The notes under the pieces are model-generated. The model was given only the letters and a program-made list of their open reading frames with translations, had not been told where the DNA came from and made no database searches. The position numbers and the translations under genes were made by a program. 64,000 nucleotides of DNA, taken from Acidobacteriota bacterium (GTDB lineage: Bacteria; Acidobacteriota; UBA6911; RPQK01; JADFOI01). The DNA lies in the NCBI GenBank assembly GCA_963663035.1, contig OY760074.1:2592001-2656000 (forward strand). The letters run 5' to 3'. Shown here piece after piece: positions 58,365 through 64,000 of the stretch (positions are counted from its first letter, which is position 1; every line of letters starts with the position of its first letter).

Positions 58365-58570
58365 CCGGAATTATGCATAGGTTTTCGTGACGAAGTGCCG
58401 CTGGCGCCGCGATGACCAGGCATGCGAGGGGTACCCGCCACGGGTCGGGCCCCGCAGGCGTACTCTTGCAGTACGCCGAGGAGCCCAAGGGGTACCCGCT
58501 TGCGGGTCGCACAACGCAGTCAGCGTGGATGATTGCGGCACTGCAGTAGAAACTTTATGCATAATACCGG
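58365..58570 (+). mobile_element. MITE copy D (206 bp)
   Basis: TIR CCGGAATTATGCATA / TATGCATAATACCGG; CTAG and TTAG flanks; left CTAG contains the upstream stop codon. Confidence 0.82.
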
Positions 58571-58575
58571 TTAGG

Positions 58576-59223
58576 CTAATTCGCGAAAGAGATGACCAGT
58601 TGGTCGTTTTCCACCTGAATGTTCCCAATCTCCGGCGGCAATCTGAACTGATCTCGGTTCTGGGGTGAGTCAAAAAGACGCTGAACTGCTCGGTCCAGTG
58701 CCATCTGTGGAATGGGGAGAGAGCCCAATTGACCTGCTGTCGCTTCAGAACCCAGCTGACCCTCCTGTACCTGGAGACGCCCTTCCAAGATCAAGGAGAG
58801 GTCCTGCCCATAAAAATCGAAAAGAACATAGGCTTGCACTCGGTCACCTGTTAAATCGATCTTGAGATCCCGCACGGCGGATCGGACCCCTGCGATGTCG
58901 GCAGAGGCGCCTACGGCTGTTTCTGTCCCATCCTCTAAAGCTTTGGGTGAGAGAGCCAGGTTTTCATTCACCCAGGAGTTGACCTCCGTTTCTGCCAGAC
59001 GAAGCGTGTGGGATCTACCCGCCCGAAGCGAGTTTTGCAGATCACGCATCTTGCGCTCCAGACGGAGTCCCGCAGCGGGATCCACATCCACCTGAGGAGG
59101 GGATGCCTGGCGCAAAATCAGGATAACTACGACAATCGTCCCGGCCAGCGCTCCCCATCGAAAGACTCGATAGGAGCGTCTGAAAGTACTCCTCCAGGAA
59201 CGACTTGACTGGGCGATTGCCAT
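58576..59223 (-). CDS. Hypothetical membrane-anchored protein
   Basis: One TM helix, then LAETEVNSW and GQLGSLPIP; LmeA/DUF2993-like appearance. Confidence 0.6.
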   Translation of the reverse strand: MAIAQSSRSWRSTFRRSYRVFRWGALAGTIVVVILILRQASPPQVDVDPAAGLRLERKMRDLQNSLRAGRSHTLRLAETEVNSWVNENLALSPKALEDGTETAVGASADIAGVRSAVRDLKIDLTGDRVQAYVLFDFYGQDLSLILEGRLQVQEGQLGSEATAGQLGSLPIPQMALDRAVQRLFDSPQNRDQFRLPPEIGNIQVENDQLVISFAN

Positions 59224-59241
59224 GGAGCCACTGACCTTTCT

Positions 59242-60055
59242 TTACCGGACTGGTATCAAACGCGTCTGGATCGTTTCCATGACAGAGTCCATGAGCAGGA
59301 CAGATGCCAAACCGGAATTCTCCTCGAAAACTATCCGCGGCTGTCCTGATCTGAGAGCTCACAGCAACGTCGCGAAAGGGGACGTAGGATGTGACCATGC
59401 CAATCAGATAGGCGCTGTCCACTGCCTGTGTCCCGTGAATGGCCACATCCTCCGGTTTGGTCACGACGGGTCCACCGCTATTGCCAGGAAAAACAGGAGC
59501 GTCAATCAAAAGTTCCCTGCTGGAGCCCAAGAGGGCATCTCGAATCCTTGCAATACAGCCTGAGCGCACGATGACGAAAGACCTTTCCTTGCCCACAAGA
59601 CCCATGGGAAAACCCAGCACGAAAATGGTGTCACCTTCGGTAAAACCCAGTTCCGATGCCCTTTTCCGATCCACCAGGTGCTCATCACTCCTGAAATAGT
59701 TAAACTGAATATCGTTCTTCCTCAAGAACCGCGCGTTGATCGAAATGACAGCGACATCGACATCGAGATCTGGATGTGCGTGCCATTTCACTTCTCCCGA
59801 CTCCACAAGCATGAGCTCGTAATCACGAGCGGCTTCATCCGCCTTGGGATTAAAGCGAATGAAAGCTTTCTCATAACCCTCAAACACATGCCTGTTTGTG
59901 ACCAAAAACAGTTCGTAGGTTTTTTCTTCAGCGGATTCATCCGCCACCAATTTCCCATAAAGGAATCCCGAGGCAGTCCATTTCTTCTTCCCAGCGGCCT
60001 CTGGAAAGCCGATAGCAACAACACAATCCAGAAAAAAGGGTGGAATTAAAGCCAT
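59242..60055 (-). pseudogene. Trypsin-like serine protease with a 1-bp insertion near 59349
   Basis: MALIPPFFLDCVVAIG, TNRHV, DVAV and PGNSGGP; the likely C-terminus GQPRIVFEENSGLASV..* is in the +1 frame. Confidence 0.75.
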
Positions 60056-60131
60056 GACTTCCTGAGATGTAAATCCTGGAAAATCGTCATGAAACGAGGG
60101 AGCACAACGCGGGCAGCGCTGAGCGTGTCGG

Positions 60132-60608
60132 TTAGGTAACCTGGCCAGCCAGCTCAGGCTCAGCTGTACTGCCTGGCGAACCCTTCTCCTGAGCCAGTCT
60201 CGCTGCCAACTCCTCATTTTGAGCTTCCAGACCCTCTTTCAACTCCTTAAGCTCCTTGATCTCTTTCTTCAAACGGTCAGCTATTTTTCCAACCGCGCCT
60301 CCCGTCAGGATCAAAAAACTGGACCAGGCCAGGATATTCATCCACAGGTCGAGTGCCGTGAAATTGGGAAGGAAGGAGTTGGGGAAATGGTAGACGTAAA
60401 TGACAACCAGTAAAGTTGTGAGAACACCGCCCATCAGTGCCCTGTGCGCCTCCAGGAAGTAGACCGCGAGCAGAATGACGATGAAAAAGAAATTCAGGAA
60501 AACTAACTTGTAGGGAAGAAGATAGGTGATTGCGGGAACACTGACCAGAATGGTGAGAGCCAACATCTGCTCAGCATTTTTGAGCAAGTACTCCTTGAGA
60601 GTTTTCAT
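60132..60608 (-). CDS. Hypothetical 4-TM protein with coiled-coil tail
   Basis: Four hydrophobic segments; GGAGG RBS. Confidence 0.65.
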   Translation of the reverse strand: MKTLKEYLLKNAEQMLALTILVSVPAITYLLPYKLVFLNFFFIVILLAVYFLEAHRALMGGVLTTLLVVIYVYHFPNSFLPNFTALDLWMNILAWSSFLILTGGAVGKIADRLKKEIKELKELKEGLEAQNEELAARLAQEKGSPGSTAEPELAGQVT

Positions 60609-60712
60609 GAATCCAATCCTCCGCTTTCTAAATAAGGCACCATTCAGGCCAGAACCTGAAGGAGATAGATCAGAGGCTCTCCGAAGAAAGGGTTCACCTT
60701 TCTTCTTTCAGC

Positions 60713-60853
60713 TTAACCTTTTCCTATTCTGAACATCTTGGTGCCACAGACTGGGCAGACACCTTTCGTTGCTGGTCTGCCATTCTTCATGGTTATCGTT
60801 TGGGTATCCTTCATTTCTCTCTTTTCTCGACATTTCACACAATAGGCTTGCAT
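60713..60853 (-). CDS. 46-aa zinc-ribbon protein, DUF5679-like (absent from the ORF track)
   Basis: MQAYCVKCREKREMKDTQTITMKNGRPATKGVCPVCGTKMFRIGKG*, two CxxC motifs. Confidence 0.85.
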   Translation of the reverse strand: MQAYCVKCREKREMKDTQTITMKNGRPATKGVCPVCGTKMFRIGKG

Positions 60854-61023
60854 CCTGCTTTCCCCTTTCCTTGTTGTCCGTGTCAAAGAGAAGCTTAACC
60901 CACAACATCACGGAAGTGTTGTGATCGCACTCACACAATCAGTTTTGTGCCTTGAAGGGCAAAAAGGGTATTCCCAGGGCAGGCGAACCGACCTGACGCC
61001 CACCCCCTCACCTTCGATTCAGA

Positions 61024-61356
<333 letters not shown>

Positions 61357-61566
61357 GTTCTCCTCCTTCAGAGAATGTTCTTGTCATCAACCCTGAAATA
61401 CTGACCACGAAAGGAGCAGAACACGGGAACTGACTCGGTGTCGCGATTCTGGTCGGTTGTTCCTTGGGGGATCTTCGCAAGGTGAGACGCTACTCAAGGC
61501 CTTCTATTTTTTTTAATAGTACTCACCCACAACCTCAGGAGGCCTTCAACTGAAGTCATCATTTTA

Positions 61567-61596
61567 ACTATATCCCGCCTTTTCCCAACATGTCAA
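61567..61596 (-). promoter_or_regulatory. Sigma70-type promoter for the RRM gene, implying a leader of about 200 nt
   Basis: TTGACA-N18-TATAGT on the minus strand. Confidence 0.55.
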
Positions 61597-61819
61597 TGCA
61601 ACCCACTCCCCCAGAATGTCCACCCCCGTTGACGCTTAGAGCCATTTCAAACATTTCGGGGTCTTTTTGGCCCTTTTTAGAAACAGAGTCAATCTTTTTT
61701 AAACTATTATGGCAAAAGGAGATAGACTCATAGATACGCCTCTCTCTCAGACTTTTGGAACGTCTCTTGCTAATACCTCTACGTGAGGACCAGAATGTCG
61801 AATTTCTGAGGATCAAAAC

Positions 61820-62257
61820 ATGACTAGGAACTCTCAATCAGGCTTTACCATTCTCGAAGCCATGGTGGTCGTCGTCTTTGCCAGCGTCATTCTCAGTATC
61901 GCCGTCCCCAAGCTTCAGGTCATCCTGGATTACTACAGTCTGACCTCTTCGGCAAACCTGGTGGCCAGTGAATTAAGTGCAGGTCGCGCCCTGGCCGTCT
62001 CACGAAACTGGATCTACGACGTGAGCCTGGACACCGGGAATAGCACCATTCAGATTATCGATCCCAACGACCCTGACAATTCCCCACGAACGGAGAAAAA
62101 CCTCGAGTCAGGAGACTCCTTTTCAACAGTGCCGGCAACCTCGATACGGTTTTATTCGCGCGGTCATGCCCGAGGTGGGACCATTGTTCTGGTGAACGAA
62201 TCGGGTTACACCATCTCGATCATCGTCAGCCCTTCGGGGAAGATCGAGAAGAGCTGA
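61820..62257 (+). CDS. Type IV minor pilin, FimT/GspH-like
   Basis: G|FTILE prepilin site; IRFYSRG and SPSGKI. Confidence 0.85.
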   Translation: MTRNSQSGFTILEAMVVVVFASVILSIAVPKLQVILDYYSLTSSANLVASELSAGRALAVSRNWIYDVSLDTGNSTIQIIDPNDPDNSPRTEKNLESGDSFSTVPATSIRFYSRGHARGGTIVLVNESGYTISIIVSPSGKIEKS

Positions 62258-62263
62258 TCTGTT

Positions 62264-62695
62264 ATGAGACCATCAAGGATCTCGAAGGAAAAAGGCTTTA
62301 GCTTAATCGAGAATATGCTGGCCGTGGCAGTTCTAGCCATCAGCGTGCTGGCACTCGGTCAACTGATGTCAGTGGCAGTTCGGCAAAACGCCTTCACCCG
62401 GGTCGAGACCATGAGCACCGCTATCGCTCAAGAGAAGTTGGAGACACTCAGAGCGGTGTACAACCGGGAGCTGGAAACGGAGACTGCTTCGGCTGACCTC
62501 ACCACCGGTTTGCACGGGCCGCAAATGATGACGATGCAGGCACCCGCAGAGAGCAGCATGGGAGACAGCGAGTTTCAGGTCTCCTGGACGGTCACGATAG
62601 CAGGAACAACCAAAACCGTCGATGTGACCATAGAGCCCCAGGACTCAAACGAGCTGAACAGCGACTTGAACCTGACGACCGTTCTTGTGCCATGA
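62264..62695 (+). CDS. Type IV minor pilin, PilV-like
   Basis: G|FSLIE and AQEKLETLR. Confidence 0.82.
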   Translation: MRPSRISKEKGFSLIENMLAVAVLAISVLALGQLMSVAVRQNAFTRVETMSTAIAQEKLETLRAVYNRELETETASADLTTGLHGPQMMTMQAPAESSMGDSEFQVSWTVTIAGTTKTVDVTIEPQDSNELNSDLNLTTVLVP

Positions 62696-63351
62696 CCCCA
62701 TCGCGTTCCGGATTCCACACCTGCAGTCGCGGCTTCACCCTGATCGAAATGCTCGTCTCCAGCGCGGTGCTCGTTTTGATCGCGGGGGCCCTTGGTTCCA
62801 TTCTGTCCCAGAGTCAACACTCCTACAAGTCCCAGCAATCTATCCTGGAAGTAACTCAAGAAGCCCGGGCCGCCATGGATCAGCTTTGCGCCTATCTGCG
62901 ACAGGCAGGCAATGATCCGCAGGCCTATATGAGAACCAACAACATCCCACCCATTGAACTCCTGGGCGTCGACCACATCCGCATTAACAGCGACATTACC
63001 GGATCTGTGCCGGCTGCCGGAGGCGATCCTCTGGAGGCCACCGGAGACCCCGACGGGTCTTTGGACAACCTCTATGAACGGGTGGAGGTCCGCTACAATC
63101 CTCTCCTGGAGAACCTTCAATTGGACATCGGCCATGGAGTGGAGGTGCTGGCTGAAAACCTATACTGCGACTTCACTTTTTTTGATATCAACGGCAATGT
63201 CACCGCTGTAGAGGACGACATTGTTCGGGTTCGAGTCGAGATGGTGGCAGAGACCGAAGACATCGATCTACAGACAGGTAAGATCCACAGTATCACCCTG
63301 GAATCGGAAGTGATGCTGCGAAGTCAATCTTTTGACCTCTTTGCAAACTAG
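62692..63351 (+). CDS. Type IV minor pilin, PilW-like
   Basis: G|FTLIE and QEARAAMD..LRQAG. Confidence 0.82.
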   Translation: MTPSRSGFHTCSRGFTLIEMLVSSAVLVLIAGALGSILSQSQHSYKSQQSILEVTQEARAAMDQLCAYLRQAGNDPQAYMRTNNIPPIELLGVDHIRINSDITGSVPAAGGDPLEATGDPDGSLDNLYERVEVRYNPLLENLQLDIGHGVEVLAENLYCDFTFFDINGNVTAVEDDIVRVRVEMVAETEDIDLQTGKIHSITLESEVMLRSQSFDLFAN

Positions 63352-63374
63352 GACGAGTTTCTCGGAGAAATCTC

Positions 63375-64000
63375 ATGCAACATTTAAAGGATGAATCGGG
63401 TGTCTCTCTTTTGATCGTGACCATCGTTTCGATTCTGATGGCCCTCCTGGGAATGTCAATGATCTTTGACAGCATGACTGAGGTGACCATAAGCAATGAA
63501 CTGGAAAACCAAAAGAAGGCCCGACTGAATGCCGAAACAGGTTTTAGTACTGTCAAAGATGCACTGCGACAGACCAATCTGACTGCCGTTTTGCAGTCCA
63601 CAACCGACGTTCCAAGATACATGAACTACTCGGTTCCTGGCGCGGGCACGGTGGCTGAGGATTATTTTCTGCGCAACCCCATCGCTCCCAAGGAAGCGAT
63701 GAATATTGACTTCGAGAGTCCGCCCGCCCGATTGGCCACCCGAACCGTCAACGGCTTTCTGACACCTGGAGAGGGCACACCGCTGGCTTCTGGCGGGAGA
63801 TACTGGGCCAAGATCACTGATAACGACGACGGAGATGGTAATCTGACCACCGATGTGGATGGCATCGTCTATCTTCGTACCATCGGGATCCAAAGACTGG
63901 GAGCGGGTCAGATCACAACTTATGGGGGAACCGTCAAGAACTCTGTGGGCATCATTCAGTCCACCTTGAAGCGGGACCAGACTTTAGCTGCCAAAGCACC
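63375..64000 (+). CDS. PilX-like protein (3' truncated by window edge)
   Basis: MQHLKDESG|VSLLIV lacking E5, then KARLNAETG; fourth gene in FimT-V-W-X order. Confidence 0.78.
   Translation, partial: MQHLKDESGVSLLIVTIVSILMALLGMSMIFDSMTEVTISNELENQKKARLNAETGFSTVKDALRQTNLTAVLQSTTDVPRYMNYSVPGAGTVAEDYFLRNPIAPKEAMNIDFESPPARLATRTVNGFLTPGEGTPLASGGRYWAKITDNDDGDGNLTTDVDGIVYLRTIGIQRLGAGQITTYGGTVKNSVGIIQSTLKRDQTLAAKA

Noticed and set aside
59042-60217. 391-aa ORF as listed in the track
   Set aside because: The N-terminal extension overlaps the upstream gene and the C-terminus results from a frameshift; the real gene is 59242-60055.
60708-60938. 76-aa ORF in the track
   Set aside because: Wrong frame; the convincing gene is the 46-aa two-CxxC protein at 60713-60853.

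Overview
GC-rich bacterial chromosomal window, probably Acidobacteriota (inferred from the Oar-type TonB receptor, three CBM9/DUF5916 proteins and the STAS/anti-sigma pair). Coding content is mostly metabolic: the end of a copper locus, a minus-strand TonB receptor/asparaginase-like/2x M19 dipeptidase/2x DUF5916 cluster, bioBFDA, a FecA-like receptor, nitrilase plus sodium:solute symporter, Na/Pi transporter plus PhoU, DegP, cofGH, a GMC/cyclase/MFS/glucose dehydrogenase/GH63 sugar cluster, amidohydrolases, an RRM protein and the start of a minor pilin operon. Four genes are broken: two by near-identical 1267-bp IS3-family copies with intact 4-bp target duplications, and two by 1-bp frameshifts. 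The most unusual signals are non-coding. (1) A solitary Xer-like tyrosine recombinase has a dif-like site upstream and an inverted partial copy of that site inside its own coding start, so the pair brackets its ATG. (2) A nested, modular MITE family has five full copies of 129-255 bp and two collapsed 22-bp palindromes; it sits at CTAG/stop codons and carries REP hairpin pairs as cargo. (3) A perfect 28-bp-arm palindrome covers both a Fur-like box and the RBS of the FecA-like gene, which is itself bracketed by matching heptamer arrays. (4) A loopless 78-bp perfect palindrome. No tRNA, rRNA or CRISPR array was seen. All calls come from reading the sequence; no database searches were run.
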